Positions 11,911-24,630 of a DNA stretch of 64,000 bases are shown piece by piece (position 1 is the stretch's first letter; every line of letters begins with the position of its first letter). The position numbers and the translations under genes are program-made. The notes beneath the pieces were generated by a model. It did no database searches, was not told the origin of the DNA, and saw only the letters and a list, made by a program, of their open reading frames with translations. This DNA is from Scyliorhinus canicula (taxonomy: Eukaryota), in assembly GCF_902713615.1 (NCBI RefSeq), contig NC_052161.1, positions 31,447,908-31,511,907 of the forward strand. Direction: 5' to 3'.

Positions 11911-13902
11911 ATTTGTATAAAGTGGCCTCGTTACTAGTTTATTTATTCTTCATCATAGCCCTCTCTAAGCACCATAGAAAAGGAACTTATCCAACCCCCA
12001 CACATAATTCATGAATCTAACTATAGGTTTTATTCTTCTTTTCAGTGAAATGTTAAACTAAACGCATTTAAAACATATTCTTATTTCAATTGTTTACCAA
12101 TACAAATATAAATCCCTTAAAACTACCTTTGTTTGCCTAACACATCCATAGGCAATCCCCTTTCTAACACATTAGTTAATGCCACATAAATTTAACTAGG
12201 CTTTGTTAGACATGACTTAACCTTCACAAATCCATGCCAACTTTCCCTGACCAGCTCTTCTTTATCTAAATAATCAGTTACTCTTTCCCTAATAACAGTT
12301 TCTAGTAACTTTCCAAAACTGATGTTTGACCAATAGGTTTATGATTCCTAGTTCATCCTTCTTAGCTAAAATATTGTAGAACATTGAAATATCAATATAA
12401 GTTATGAGGAGCTCTCTGGATGTATAATTTCTGATAAACTGAACTGACTTTGTCACCTGTAATTACCTTCCTGAATTTTGTGCAGAGGTGATGGAGAGGG
12501 TGGTGGAGGGATGGGAGGCATAGGAATAATCCCATTCATATTTCCTGCACCAATCACTAATTCACAATAAATACATTAAGACTTGCACCTTCTTTAAGCA
12601 AGCAGAAATCACAAATGATTTCAGGAATTGTCCAGTTAATATTGCACTTGAACATTTTACTAAAATTTCAATGAAGTCTGTATGAGGGCACCATTTTTAC
12701 AACAGAAGTAATCTTTGTTTCTTCTTAGTCCAACAAAAACTATTGGAAAAGAATAACAACTGATGGCATAGCGTATGGAGCATACTGCTTTCTTGAGCAG
12801 GCTTGTGAAAATGTTGACATTTATGGATAGTTCGTAACCAGAAGCTATTCATAATCAACTGTTCAGAAAGACGTTTATATTGAACCATATAAACACTGGT
12901 TTAATTTACATACTTTATTAAAGATGGTTAAAGGACTTGAGCTTGTTTGAAAAGCTGTAGTTAGAACACATATTTTACATGGAGACACTGTCTGCATGAA
13001 AACTGCCGCTTACTCATCTTTCAAAGGTGACAAATGTTTATCTATCAAAGGTGATAAACGTTTCGAAAATGTGCAGAGGTGAGAGCGAATATGTGATCCA
13101 GACATGTCTATGTACAAGGCAATGAAAACTAACCTGTGGAGATGGAGACACGCTGTCTACAAATCCATGTGGGCACCATTCCACGAGCATTGACCAAACA
13201 AATCGTTAAAATCTCTGAACACAGCAGAAACTACAATACAGAAACCTACAAACAGTAAGAGAATGGCGGTTTTCCAAGTCCTATGCGTCTTCAGCCTAAC
13301 TTGTATCTTTAAACTGCTGTGAAAGAAAAAGCCTCAGGCAACAAGTTCCCAAAAATTACACTTAATTTCCATCGAGTTGCTTTTATAGGGTCCATTGTGA
13401 TTTTTTTGGTTCAACATCCTCCCGCCTCAGTGTTGCGATTTCAAGAAAATGCACGTTATGTATATTCCTGCATGTAGCACGTCACTACTTTTCAGCTCCA
13501 CAGACCAAAGTTTCTCTTTCCTCATCTTTGGCTACAACTTTCACATCACTGCGAAACAATTTTAGGTGTACAAAAATAGAAAGGTGACAATTTTGGGAGT
13601 TGCGCCCAATGTGATTTTCCTGAGCACTGAAGTATGAAACAACCAATAGCAGAGATCTTGCACAGAAATCACAGACATTTAGAGCACAGAAGCCCACAGT
13701 TGTGTCAGGTCTTTAGTAAAATTAATCCCACGTCCCCCACTGGCCGCATAGTCCTGCATCTTCCTCTGCTTCGAGCATTTATGTAATTTAAAAAAAAATG
13801 CAATGTCCTTTATTTTGGACCAATCTTGTCGCAAAGATTTCCTTGTCCCAATGACCCACTACTAATAATATTCCATTCTCATAAACTTTCTCAGTCTCTT
13901 CA

Positions 13903-14114
13903 GGCAGCATGGTGGCACAGTGGTTAGCACTGTTGCCTCACCCGCCAAGGACCAGGGTTTGATACCGGCCCCGGGTCACTGCCCATGTTGAGTTTGCGCA
14001 TTCTCTCCGTGTCTGTGTGGGTTTCACCCCCACGACCCAAAAATGTGCTGGGTCGGTGGATTGGCCACACTAAATTGCCCCTTAATTGGGGGAAAAAGAA
14101 TTGGGTACTCAAAA
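13903..14114 (+). mobile_element. Short-tailed V-SINE
   Basis: ggcagcatggtggcacagtggttagc...ttaattggg...aattgggtactcaaaa. Confidence 0.9.
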
Positions 14115-14276
14115 TGCATGCATTCATGAATTGGAAAAAGTAAAGTGAATTTAATGGACCGATAAACAAAGAACATAAAGGAAAATCAGTTAGTCAACCA
14201 TTGGCTTCATGTCTATCAAATTTACTTGGACACTTTTGAGGGGGAAAAAATTGGATACGGGGTAATTAGTAGACAC

Positions 14277-14524
14277 TATGGGTGGGGGCAGGTGCAGGGA
14301 TGACAGCCAGTACGCATGCGCAAGTTGGCGCCGGCCCAACTGCGCATGCGCGGACCCCGCGGCATCAGGTTGACGCCAGGACTGGCAGCTGAAGCAGCAT
14401 GGGCCGCTCCAGCGCCGTGCTGGCCCCCCCCAGGACCCTCGAATCGGGTTTCGGAACTGGCACCGGAATAAAGTACTCCTGTTTTGGAGCCGGCACTCTG
14501 GCGCTGGACCAGAGAATCGCGGCC
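14277..14524. mobile_element. One-ended GC-rich Harbinger-type MITE fragment
   Basis: CpG-rich with CGCATGCGC motifs; right end agagaatcgcggcc matches the family TIR. Confidence 0.65.
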
Positions 14525-14677
14525 TATATATTTATATTGTGCCAAACCTTTTGACAGTGTCACACATGCTATTAACCCACCAGCTGGAAGGTACAACATT
14601 TGTTGGTAAGGGGCAGACTTCTGGAGTGAATCAAAAATTGGCTCAGCGGAAATAACAAGAAGCAGAATAAATATATG

Positions 14678-14866
14678 GGGCTGGATTCTCCGTCGGCTAG
14701 ATCCTCCGTTTCGCTGGCAGCGCCCTCGCACCCGTGGATGTCCTGATGGCGTGGGGGTGCCCACAATGGGAAACCCCATTGGCTGGCTGCCTGAACGGAG
14801 AATCCCGCTGTCAACGGGTGCGTGTCGCACCAGAAAATAGGTGCAACGGGACGCAGAATTCTGTCC
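14678..14866. mobile_element. Short Harbinger-type MITE
   Basis: TIRs gggctggattctcc / gcagaattctgtcc; flanking trinucleotides ATG/AAG. Confidence 0.75.
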
Positions 14867-14924
14867 AAGGGATTTGATTTTTTCAGTGACAAAATGGATG
14901 ACAATGAGACTGCAAGGGAAAACG

Positions 14925-15260
14925 TAGAAAATAGGAGCATGAGTAGGTAATTCGGCCATTTGAGGCTGCTCCACCATTCAATGTAATCATGGCTCATCCT
15001 CTCAACACCATACCCCTCGACACCTTTAGTCTAGAAACTTATCAATTTCCTTCTTAAATACATTTGGTGACTTGGCCTCCATCAGCCTTCTGTGATAGAG
15101 AATTCAACAGATTCCTCATCCACCTCATCTCAGTTCTAAATCCCAAACTGTGTGACCCCTCGTTCTATACCTCCTTAGCCAGAGGAAACATTATCCCTGC
15201 ATTCAGTCTTTCCAGCTCTGTCAGAGTTCTATACGTTTCAATGAGACCCTCTCTCATTTT
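14925..15260 (-). mobile_element. CR1-type LINE 3' fragment
   Basis: aaaataggagc...gctgctccaccattcaatg...tctatacgtttcaatgagaccctctctcatt. Confidence 0.75.
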
Positions 15261-15755
15261 TATAATAAGAAAGGTGATGAGACTTTGTGAGGAGAACATA
15301 ACATGGGAATAATCAGTCATCTCTAACAGTCCCGTATAATCCTATTTAACTTTTCATCAACATCAATCGCCATTTTTCTAATAAATCAGCACAGTAATAT
15401 TATCAACTCACTGGGATTCACCATTTACCAGAGACTTAACTGGGCCAGCTAAATAAATACTGTGGCTAAAAGAACAGATCAGAAACTGGGTAACCTGCAC
15501 ACAGTTTATCATCTCTGAATCTGACTGAAATATTCTCAATTTGCCTGCACCATCAACAACATTCAATCTTACCACCATCCTGGACTAAGCAAGCCTGCTT
15601 GATTGGCAAGCCATTGACTACCTTAAACATGCATTCCTGCCACAACATGGCTGCAAGATACCACATAGCAAGGTTTCTTAGATAGCAACTCTCAAGACTT
15701 TGACTTCTACTGCCGCGAAGGACAAAGTGCAACGAAGGAACAAAATAAGAAACGG

Positions 15756-16444
15756 GGGCGCGATTCTCCGCTCCCCACGCCGGGTGGGAGAATCGCGGGA
15801 GGGCCCCCCGACTAATTTCACGACCCCCTGGCACCCCCCGAGATTCTCCCAACACCGCTCGGAAGAATCGCCGCTCGCATTTTTCACGGCGACCGGCGAT
15901 TCTCCGACCCGGATGGGTCGAGCGACCTGTCGTTCGCGACCGTTTCACGATGGCGCCAACCACACCTGGTCGCTGCTGTCGTGAAATCGCCGTGAGATGC
16001 CCGTTTTGGGGCTTGTAGAGGGCTTGGTGGGGAATGAGCACCACGACTGTGCTCGGGAGGGGACAGGCCCGCGATCGGTGCCCACCGATCGTCGGGCCGG
16101 CGTCTCAATCGGACGCACTATTTCCCCTCCGCCGCCCCGCAAGATCAAGCCGCCACGTCTTGCGGGGCGGCTGAGGGGAAAGACGGCCACCGCGCATACG
16201 CGGGTTCGAGCTGTCAGCCGTTGTGATGTCAGCCGCGCATGCGTGGGTTGGAGCCGGCCAACCTGCGCATGCGCGGCTGACGTCACATAAGCGCCGCCCG
16301 GCGGCCGAGAGTTACGGAACGCCACTCCTAGCCCTGCCGGGAGGGGAGAATAGGGGGCGAGGAGCGGACTCCGAGGCCGTTGTGAATCTCGGCCGAGTTC
16401 ACGACGGCCCTCCCGATTTTTCCCGGGAGCGGAGAATTCCGCCC
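15756..16444. mobile_element. GC-rich Harbinger-type MITE (689 bp)
   Basis: 20-bp TIR gggcgcgattctccgctccc / gggagcggagaattccgccc, subterminal GGAGAATCG/CGATTCTCC repeats, flanks CGG/AGG. Confidence 0.85.
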
Positions 16445-16934
16445 AGGATCTATTCTTCTGTATCTATCATAAATACCTTAAAATATAATTAGCTTTTTTG
16501 GTTGCAGCAACCATACATCTAAGAATGATCATCAAACTTGGTATCCTATAATATAAACATCACCTGAGTGTTTGTCCATGATCCATTTTTTTTGCCTTGT
16601 TGCATTTGGAATGTCACCATTAAAGCGAGTGTGCAACACTTCAGTTTCTGGTTATTTTAGATTAATTTAAATTGATCATATTCCTCATCAATCTACATTC
16701 ACTATTTGTTATTTGTGAAACGTGATAAATGAAGGCCATCTCTTACTAACTTTTAAGATGCTTAATTTTGAACTTATTCCTCAGTGCCAGCACAAAGAAT
16801 TATAGCTATCCTAGGATTCCGTTGATTTAACATTACTGATTGCCTTATTCCATATTTCATGAAACAAACACAAGACACATAATAGTGCTCAGCTGACCTA
16901 ACTCAATAAAGTTGTTCCATTCTAAGATTTTCTA

Positions 16935-17030
16935 GTTGTAATGAAAGGTAATTGACCTGAAACAATGTTAACTCTGTTTACCTCCACAGATGCTGTCTAA
17001 CCTGCTGAGTGTTTCCAGTATTTTCTGTTG
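16935..17030 (+). mobile_element. Penelope-like terminal fragment with a degenerate hammerhead
   Basis: gtaatgaa-aggt-aattg-acct-gaaac...gttaactctgtttacctccacagatgctgtctaacctgctgag. Confidence 0.55.
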
Positions 17031-17351
17031 TAATTCCACTTAACTAGGAACCTCTCCATTTCAAATACTGATGCAAATAGTAAATCCAGAACTCTAAATC
17101 TCAAGAAGGTGCTTCTTTTATGCTTCAAATTGTGAGGCAGGTCACTTCGAATATTGAAATGAACACTTTTAATTGAAAGAATATTCAGCACTTCCGTGAA
17201 TCGAAGTTGTAGTTTTATTGATCTACACAATGATGCATACATCAGCTAAGCACTGGAAAATACTGACTATATTGGCACTGTGAAATAATTTCACTGTAAT
17301 CAAAGTGCCATTCTATTTAGCTAAGCTGTCTGGAAATTAAATTGAGACATT

Positions 17352-17825
17352 GGGCACGATTCAATGGCCTCGTCGCACCAACGTGGTGTCGAGATGAGGC
17401 CGCTGAATCTCTTGGCCTCTTGCGAGATTTGTGATGCTCGAAATGTCTCGCGAGATTCAACCAAATCTAGTTAGGTGAGATCCAAATCTGAATATTTAAA
17501 TGAGCCACTAGCCAGGGCGCCGTTTAGTACTGGTCCACACAAAAATGGACCAAGCATAATTGCACCTGGGGGTCTCACAGGAGATTGGAGACTCCCTGGC
17601 ACTCTGCTACTGTAGCACTGCCAGGGGCTCTGCCTGGGTGCCCAGTTGCCAGGTTGGCACTGCCAGGGGTCAGGCCTCCCCAAGGTTGGGGGGCAGTGGA
17701 AGAAGATCGGAGCAGCTGGTCAAAATGACACCCTAATCTGTGAGGAGACCTTCCTGCTGGCCAGCAGGCCCTCCAGGTGCGGCCTCAGGGAAGAGAATCT
17801 CCCCAAGGCTAAGAAATGACACGGG
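17352..17825. mobile_element. Harbinger-type MITE fragment related to 62001-62853
   Basis: Begins gggcacgattc. Shares tctc(g/a)cgaga, gcgccgtt(t/c)ag and ggcactgcca blocks with the 62-kb element. Confidence 0.65.
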
Positions 17826-18316
17826 GAAAGGTAGGTTCACAATTGACTTAGCTGTCGGAGACAGAGAGTGATGACAGAGGGCTGTTTTAGTGACAGGAAG
17901 CCAGTGTCCAGTGGTGTACCACAGGGATCTGTGCTAGGTCTCCTATTATTTATCATTTATCTAAACAACATGGTTAACTATATGGAGGGTAGGATCAGTA
18001 AGTTTGCAGATGACACAAATTGGTCGGGTGGTTAATAGTGAGGTTGAGTATCTTAGTTTACAGGAAGATATAGACGGGATAGTCAAATGGGAAGAAAAGT
18101 GACAGGTGGAATTTAAGCCTGAAAAGTATGAGGTGATACACTTTGGGTGGAGTAATTTTACAAGGAAGTGTTCAACGAATGGCTTGACACTGGGAAGTCC
18201 GAGGTACAAAGGGACCTTAGAGTGTTGGTCCACAGATCTCTGAAGGCAGATGGGCAGGTTTAAAGGGTGGTGAAAAATGCTTATGAGACACTTGCCGTTA
18301 TCAACTGAGGCACAGA

Positions 18317-18553
18317 GGGGCAGCACGGTGGCGCAGTGGTTAGCATTGCTGCCTCACGGCACCGAGGTCCCAAGTTCTATCCCGGCCCTGGGTCACTGTC
18401 CATGTGAAGTTTGCACATTTTCACCATGTTTGCATGGGTTGCACCCCCCTCAAACTCAACAGATGTGCAGGGTAGGTGGATTGGGCACACTAAATTGCCC
18501 CTTAATTGGGCAAAATGAATTGGGTCCTCTAAATTTATAAGAAATTTAAAAAT
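18317..18553 (+). mobile_element. Short-tailed V-SINE inserted in CR1
   Basis: Degenerate TSD ctgaggcacaga / ctgaagcataga. Confidence 0.9.
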
Positions 18554-18970
18554 CTGAAGCATAGATTACAAAACGAGGGAAGTTATGTTGGAGTTGTATA
18601 GAATTTTGGTGAGGCCACAGCTAGAGTACTTTGTGCAATTCTGGTTGCCACATTATAGGAAAGATGTGATTTCACTGGAGCGGGTGCAGAGGCGATTTAT
18701 CAGGATGTTGCCTGGGATGGAACATTTAAGTTATGAAGAGAGGTTGGAAAGGCTTGGGTTGTTTTCACTGGAGCAGAGAAGATTCAAGGGTGACCTGATC
18801 GAGGTGTACAAGATGATGAGGGATATGGACAGGGTGGATATACAACAGCTCTTCCCGTTAGTTGAAGGGTCAGTCACAAAGGGACCCAAGGTCAATGTGA
18901 GGGCGGGAGGTTGAGAGGGGTATTTGAGGAAAAGCTTTTTTACTCAGAGGTTGGGCTGGAATATACTGAT

Positions 18971-19300
18971 TCATAGAATAATAGAATCATAGAATTTACA
19001 GTGCAGAAGGAGGTCATTCGGGCCATCGGGTCTATACCGGCTCTTGGAAAGAGCACCCTAATTAACTCCACATCTCCACCCTATCCCCGTAACCCTGCAA
19101 CCCCATCTAACCTAAAGGCAATTTAGCATGGCCAATCCACCTAACCTGCACATCTTTGGACTGTGGGAAGAAACCAGAGCACCCGGAGGAAACCCACACA
19201 GACACGGGAAGAACGTGCAGACTCTGCACAGACAATGATCCAAGCTGGAATCGAACCTGGGACCCTGGTGCTGTGAAGCCACAGTGCTAACCACTATGCT
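18971..19300 (-). mobile_element. HE1-like V-SINE with (TTCTATGA)n tail
   Basis: tcatagaataatagaatcatagaatttacagtgcagaaggagg... Confidence 0.92.
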
Positions 19301-19900
19301 TAGTAGAGGTGGGTTGCCTCACATCCTTTAAAAATTATTTTGTTGAGTATTTGGCACATAATAACATTCAAGGTGATGGACCAAGGGCTGGCAAATGGGA
19401 TTAGATAGGCAGGTCAGGTGATTTTTATGCATTGGTGCAGACTCAATGGGCTGGAGGGCCAGTTCTGCACTTTATTATTCTGTGATTCTGCGAATTCCGC
19501 TACCCCCACTCACCTGACCTTTTCCTGCAGCCTTGCAATTATTTTTTCTTAAGATGCAATTCCCTTCTGAAAGCTATGAATGAATATTTTTCCACCACAC
19601 TCTCAGGCAGACCATTGTGAATCCTACTCTCTTGCTGCATACAAAAGATTTTCCTCATGTCGCAGTTGGTTCTTTTGCCATTTAACTTATTTGGTGGCAT
19701 CTGGCTCTCGACCTTTCTGCTAATGGGTATCATTCCTCCCTAACTACTCTGTTTGGACCCCTCATGATTTTGTGCACCTCTATTCAATCTCTTCTCATTC
19801 TTCTCTTCTTCAAGAGCAACCCAGGTTTCTCCAATCTATCCACATAACTGAAATCCTTCATCCGTGGAACCACACTTCTCTTCACGTTTTCTAAAACCTT

Positions 19901-21019
19901 TGTAGTGATATCATGTTGTAATTCATCGACTGACCACTAGGAGTCTCATTAGTATATAATATATAGAGTCAGGTGACCTCAGACTGATGCGGGAGCTGGG
20001 AGAGAGGTTGCTTGTGCATGGTCATATTATTATCCATTTGTTGTTTATATATATTTGACCCACAGTTAATGTTAATAAACTGTTTATAGCTTTAGCTACA
20101 GGTATTCTTATAATATAAATCAGGCCATCCGACAAGAACATTACATGGTACCAGGTCTGTCAAAAACTTACACACCATCGAGAGAAGCCTGCCATGACAT
20201 TCACAGAGATTTGATGATTTTGCAGACTGCAAGAATGAACTACATGGAGTTCTTGAAGCCACCAATGAGTCTCAGATTTCATGTTAATGTCGACAGTAAC
20301 TGGCATGCGTTTAAATAACAATTTAATCTGTTTCTTACTGCAGTAAATGTAGAAGATACATTAGATTTGAGTACAGTAGCGATGCTCTTAACAGCAGAAG
20401 GGCCCGAAGCAATTGCTGTGTTTCATACGTTTAAATTTGCAAACGATGAAGATAGTAAAAATTTTAACAAAGTAATTTGAAGATTTGATGAACATTGCAC
20501 CCCCAGAAAGAATGAAATTTATGAACGCTCTGTGTTTAGATCTGTGTTCAGAGAACCGAAAGATCAGTTCATTGTTCATTTAAAGTTAAAAGCGAAAATC
20601 GAAAACCTGTAATTTTTCTGCCATGGAATCGTCTATGATTCAGGACCAAATTGTGTTTGGTGTGAATGAAAATAAGCTGAGGGAACAGTTGCTGAGGGAA
20701 TCGGAGCTGTCCTTGGAACAAACAGATACAATTTGTCAGGCTCACGAGCTAGCAACACAGCATTCCAAAATGTTTTTCAGTAATGGCAGTGGCTTCTTGA
20801 AAGGAAAACACTCCGGTTGCCACCCTTTTTCCAAAAAGGTGGGAAAGTTAACAAAATAAAGGCAGGGAACGGGGAGAAGGGTTGCTTGTTCATAGTCATA
20901 CTACTATTCTTCTGTTGTTTATATATATTTGACCCACAGTTAATGTTAATAAATTGTTTATAGCTTTTGCTACAAGGGTGCTTGTAATATAAATCAGGCA
21001 ATCTGACAAGAACATTACA
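19901..21019 (+). mobile_element. Internally deleted Gypsy LTR retrotransposon (5' LTR, PBS, gag remnant, partial 3' LTR)
   Basis: 5' LTR TGTAGT...ATTACA at 19901-20145, PBS TGGTACCAGG at 20146-20155, partial 3' LTR about 20862-21019, TSD acctt/acatt. Confidence 0.88.
20235..20780 (+). pseudogene. Gypsy gag remnant with stops and frameshifts
   Basis: MNYMEFLKPPMSLRFHVNVDSNWHAFK*QFNLFL...AMLLTAEGPEAIAVFHTF...RFDEHCTPRKNEIYERSVF, then MIQDQIVFGVNENKLREQLLRESELSLEQ. Confidence 0.85.
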
Positions 21020-22430
21020 ACATTCACATTTTTCCTAACAAGGTGTGGTGCCCAGAATTGTACACAACACCAGGTGAGGCTGAACTACTGCATTATGTAA
21101 CTTCCTAGCAGTTAAACATTATGCTTCTACAAAAACCAAGGATACCGATGGCATTTTAATCAGTTTCGCAACCTGCCCTGCCACCTTCTACAATGTGTAC
21201 CAATATATCCACGTTTATTGTTCTTGTATCCCCTTTAGAATTGCATCCTTTATTTTATATTGCTTCTCCTTGTTCTTCGTACCTAAATTATTCACTTCAC
21301 ACTTCTCTGCATTATGTTTCAGTTGCCACATACGTCTGTCCATTCTAACGTATGTCCTCAAAAGTTTTATCACTATCCTCTTCACAGTTCACAATATTGC
21401 CAAGTTTCGTCTCATCAGCAATAATTGAATAGGTATGATGAATTAATCTTCTTGGCAACCTTTGTAATAGCAGCAATCAAATTACTCTGCAATTGTAAAA
21501 CACCTGCTTGCTGGTTTCAGTGGGAATCCATCCTGTTGCAATTCAAAAACAAGCAGGATCTTAAAATAATTGATGCTGCACCAATTTATCTGTTAACTAC
21601 AGCAGCCAAATTAAGACTTAGCATACATAACGATAATTTACAATATTAAAAAAAATCCAATGGTATGATCTTCTAACTCTAATTTTTCACATTCCTTCTT
21701 TTACACAAAGTTATTAATAGAAAATTAATTTAAATTAATATTAGGTACAAACATTCTTTGGCCTGAGTTGCTCAAATCTTCCATTCATAAAACACTAAAA
21801 AATGAAGATCTTTGTCTGGTATCATATATAACCAAATCAGAATACTAATAATTTTTAGTAGAACTAGTCATGAATCCATAAAGTCTACATTAACCACAAT
21901 AATGTTTCCAAAATATTTCCATCCATATCACTTGTCACTCCAGCTTGTAACTAACATAGGCTCAAAATAAAAAAGAAAATAGCAAAGACAGAACGAACAT
22001 GCATTTATATAAATGACTCAAGACTTCCAAAAGCACTTAACCTTTGCAGTCACCAAAGTACGAAAACATGGGAGTCAGCAAATACGCAAAATAAAGGGCT
22101 ATAAAAATTGTCTGAAGGTCCTTTCTGGCCAACACAGTATTTTCTCCACTAAGCTGAGCACTTAGAAATCAAAATTTGGTTTGTGATAATGCAATAAAAT
22201 TACAATAATAAGAGAATGATTATACCCACCTATACAATGCTACTTTGTGTTAGCAATGCTTTAATACACCTTGGCAAAGGGTCTATGCCAATGTGAAACA
22301 TTGGAGACTTGTTCATACATAGTTTTGAAAGCAAGGAATAATTATAAAGATTTTGTTCTGCAAGTGCAATTTAATTAGCCAAAGCTGGTAAAGAAAATAC
22401 AAGAACTGTAAAACAATGATTACTAAGAAG

Positions 22431-22911
22431 TCATAGAATTCCTATCGTGCTCTGGGTCACTGTCCGTGTGAAGTTTGCACATTCTCCCCGTGTTTGCGAG
22501 GGTTTCACCCCCACAGCCCAAAGATGTTCAGGGTGGGTGGATTAGCCACTCTAAATTGCCTCTTAATTGAAAAAAAATGAATTGGGTACTCTAAATTTAT
22601 TTTTCTTAATAAGAATTTGGATAGTGCAGAAGGAGGCCATTCAGCCCATCAAGTCTGCACCAATCTTCCAAAGGAACACCCCACCCAGGCCCTAACCCTA
22701 TCCCCACCCAATCGTTTTGGACATGAAGGGGTAATTTAGCATGGCCAATCCACCTAGCCTGCATATCTTTGGACTATGGGAGGAAACTGGAGTACCCGGA
22801 AGCAACCCACGCAGACACAGGAGAATGTACAAACTCCACACAGTCACCCAAGATCGGAATTGAAGTCAGGTCCCTGGCGCTGTAAGGCAGCAGTACTAAC
22901 CACTGTGCCAC
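22431..22911 (-). mobile_element. HE1-like V-SINE with a 5'-truncated short V-SINE (+, about 22448-22610) nested in its tail
   Basis: Tail split as tcatagaattcctatcgtgc ... agaatttggatagtgcagaaggagg. Confidence 0.85.
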
Positions 22912-22966
22912 TCTTATGCAAGGATCCAACTGCATTGGTTAAAGTTATCATTGATACATTCTATAA

Positions 22967-23256
22967 CAGGGGTGGCCAAACTTAATGAACCCAACAGCCA
23001 AAAAAATAACCTGAACATTATTCAACCAACTTGAAACAGGATAATTACTGCTAGTAGAGGTCTTGTGGGTCTCCATCCTAGCCATATACCATTGAAAATC
23101 TTGTTGAATGCTGTCAAAGGTTAGGGAGCAGTGAGAGAGACTGGAGGGAGGAGGAGACGCTGGAGGGTTGGGGTAGGGGAAGAGATGCAAAAACCACCAG
23201 TCACACTTTGTCAAAGAACTGCATGCAGATCACAAGCTGTGGTTTGGTCACACATG
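22967..23256. mobile_element. hAT (Charlie-type) MITE
   Basis: TIR caggggtggccaaact / ggtttggtcacacatg; 8-bp TSD ttctataa (22959-22966) / ttctatag (23257-23264). Confidence 0.8.
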
Positions 23257-24329
23257 TTCTATAGGGAACCAAATCAACCAAATAACTTCAAATTCCCCAA
23301 AATCGCATCCATCTTGAATTGGCATAAATGACTCATCATTGACAGCACGACAGGATACGGATAAATACACATCAACAGATCAAACTTTGCATCCAGCATG
23401 CAATTGTTTTCACAATTCTACAGTATGCAAACAGATTTGTGAGCCATAGTTCACAAACAAAAGTAGGTCGGTCTGACTTCTAATGGACCTGAGCATTTGG
23501 TACGTCCAATGACCCTCTTACTGGCATGGAAATGTGTAGAAAATACCTTATAATTGATTTACGGAGTTTACAAAAGCCAGTCTGACCTCCAATTATCCTG
23601 AAGATCAGCTCAGGCAATCAGCATCAAATTAATTTGAAGAATAGAGAACAATTGCAATTATTCCTCGAGACATCGTCAAGCCGTAGACATTGACATTTAA
23701 GCAAAATAACACATTGCATTGTATTAAAATGCTCTTGGATAGCCAATTATCCACTGACGTTTCTGAAACGACATTATTAAATGTATGTATATAATTTAAT
23801 AAAATTAGATTGATAGCACTTCTGTTCAACATTTTATAATTTATCAAACATCAAGAAATCAAGATTTTGTTTAAATATTGCATCATGAGTAACTATATAA
23901 ACCGTTTTGACAGATTAGAAAGCAATTTTATCAAGTGTATATAATTGATTTTTCAAATACAATTCAGTATTTTTATAATTTTAGACACAAGCTATGCTTC
24001 TCTAACTTGTTTACTGCAAACAGATTACATATTATTGCCTTGTTGGAATGCAGCCACAGAAACTGTCAAGGAACAAGATATATTTACATGCCAACATCTT
24101 CAAATTCGAAAAGGTACAGTCATGGTACTTCAATGAATTTCAGGTTACAGGCTAGTTCCTTGGCCCTGATAATTAATGAAGGTAAATGTGCCTGGAACGA
24201 GTACGAATGGATTTGTTGCCACCATTGATTACAAGTTGCAGATAACCATCACAACCATTGTTGGGGGGGATCAAAAAGGTGACGTTTTAACTAACAGAAT
24301 TTGTGCTTGTTTATTCTTTGGGTGCATAG

Positions 24330-24630
24330 TCTCTCACAGTGCCATGTACCTGGGTTTAATTCTGGCCTTGGTTGACTGACCATAGAGAGTTTGCACTTTT
24401 TCCCCATGTCTGTTTGGGTTTACTCCGAGTTCTCAGGTTTCCTCCCACAGACCAAAGATGTGCAGGTTAGGTGGATTGGCCACGATCAATTGTCCCTTAG
24501 TGTCCAAGAATGTGCAGGTTGGATGGGGGAGTGGGCCTAGGTAGGATGCCCTTTCAGAGGGTCGGTGCAGGCTCGATGGGTCAAATGGCCTCCTTCTGCA
24601 CCACAGGAATTCTATGGTTCTAATTCTATC
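24330..24630 (+). mobile_element. HE1-like V-SINE
   Basis: V-domain plus tail aatggcctccttctgcaccacaggaattctatgg. Confidence 0.88.

Larger units (their letters stand above)
17830..19490 (+). mobile_element. CR1-type (HER1-like) LINE 3' half with two SINE insertions
   Basis: GVPQGSVLG and SKFADDT motifs; ORF 18585..18914 (LVRPQLEYFVQFWLPHYRKDVISLERVQRRF...GLFSLEQRRFKGDLIEVYK); tail attctgtgattctg. Confidence 0.92.
19500..21420 (-). mobile_element. Decayed CR1-type LINE hosting the Gypsy insertion
   Basis: CR1 3' sequence reads through the insertion (aaaacctt|cacatttttcctaa...ggtgtggtgcccagaattg); minus-strand FADE-like motif near 21410. Confidence 0.7.
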
